A stretch of 64,000 bases of DNA from Vermamoeba vermiformis (lineage: Eukaryota), in contig JBEWZL010000043.1 in the NCBI GenBank assembly GCA_045837725.1, positions 1 through 64,000 of the forward strand, written 5' to 3'. Below are positions 63,469 through 64,000 of the stretch, piece after piece. The notes beneath the pieces were generated by a model that was given only the letters and a program-made list of their open reading frames with translations, ran no database searches and had not been told where the DNA came from. Numbering within the stretch: position 1 is the first letter of the stretch; each line of letters starts with the position of its first letter. Position numbers and translations under genes: made by a program.

Positions 63469-64000
63469 ATGGCTACAGTAATTGTTTTTGGTGCATCCGG
63501 CTATGTTGGCCGTCACGTCGCTTACGCTCTTAGAGATGGTACGCTATAATTATGATCATCGAAAATATAGCATAGTTTTGGAGCTTGCACCCGAAAATGT
63601 CAAGCAAACAATTGCTACATCCAAATTTTAATTTCCTACTAATTCTTATATTTATTTTAGCTGGCTATTGTGTCTACGGTGTTATTAGAAAGCCTGAGGC
63701 AGCTGACATATTACTCCGAAATGAAGTTTTGCCAATCGTTCTTGTGTAAGTCAAATTCAAATTTCTGAAATTGACTCAATGATATTCTAACCAAATATTA
63801 TGCAGTGACATTAAGAGTCCGAGTGACGAATTTAAGAAAATCGTTAGCGAGGCTATTTCTGTCGTCGACACTGCCGGTGTCAATGGCGATCTGATCAATT
63901 ACCTGATCGAAGCCAACAAGAACGAAAAGAACCGTAATTATCAACCCCAATACATCGGAACATCAGGCGGATCAACTCACGGAGATTCTCCGGCGCTTGT
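63469..64000 (+). CDS. Atypical SDR, tandem copy 2 (runs off the window)
   Basis: MATVIVFGASGYVGRHVAYALRD...YIGTSG with the same first two intron positions as copy 1. Confidence 0.85.

Noticed and set aside
1-64000. CRISPR arrays, rRNA, tRNA, prokaryotic operons
   Set aside because: No regularly spaced repeats or RNA-gene signatures seen by eye. Most genes are spliced, so bacterial contamination is unlikely. A covariance-model scan was not possible.

Overview
Gene-dense, AT-rich, intron-rich eukaryotic DNA using the standard code, with short GT-AG introns (GTAAGT/GTACGT donors). The gene mix (hybrid histidine kinase, Zn2Cys6 factors, TKL kinase, RasGEF, type III glutamine synthetase, Asn runs) suggests a free-living protist, probably an amoebozoan; this is an inference. 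About 24 protein-coding loci were reconstructed by hand from spliced exons. They include a PAS-HisKA-HATPase-REC kinase interrupted by a decayed DIRS/Ngaro-type retroelement, a START lipid-transfer protein, a P450, an MCRS1-like gene, VPS25, a PX protein, a TKL kinase, two tandem Zn2Cys6 genes, a rifampin-phosphotransferase/PigC-like enzyme, MetAP2, MAU2, GSIII, a PA-7TM receptor-like gene, HGSNAT and two tandem SDRs. The most notable observations are an in-frame spliced RasGEF-peroxiredoxin-like fusion, a START+FFAT+coiled-coil+tail-anchor protein, the intron-containing RPH/PigC-like enzyme, a bacterial-type small domain behind a mitochondrial-like presequence, and recurrent intronic palindromic motifs. 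No rRNA, tRNA or CRISPR array was recognised. Exon boundaries are manual and family calls come from motif recognition, not database searches.
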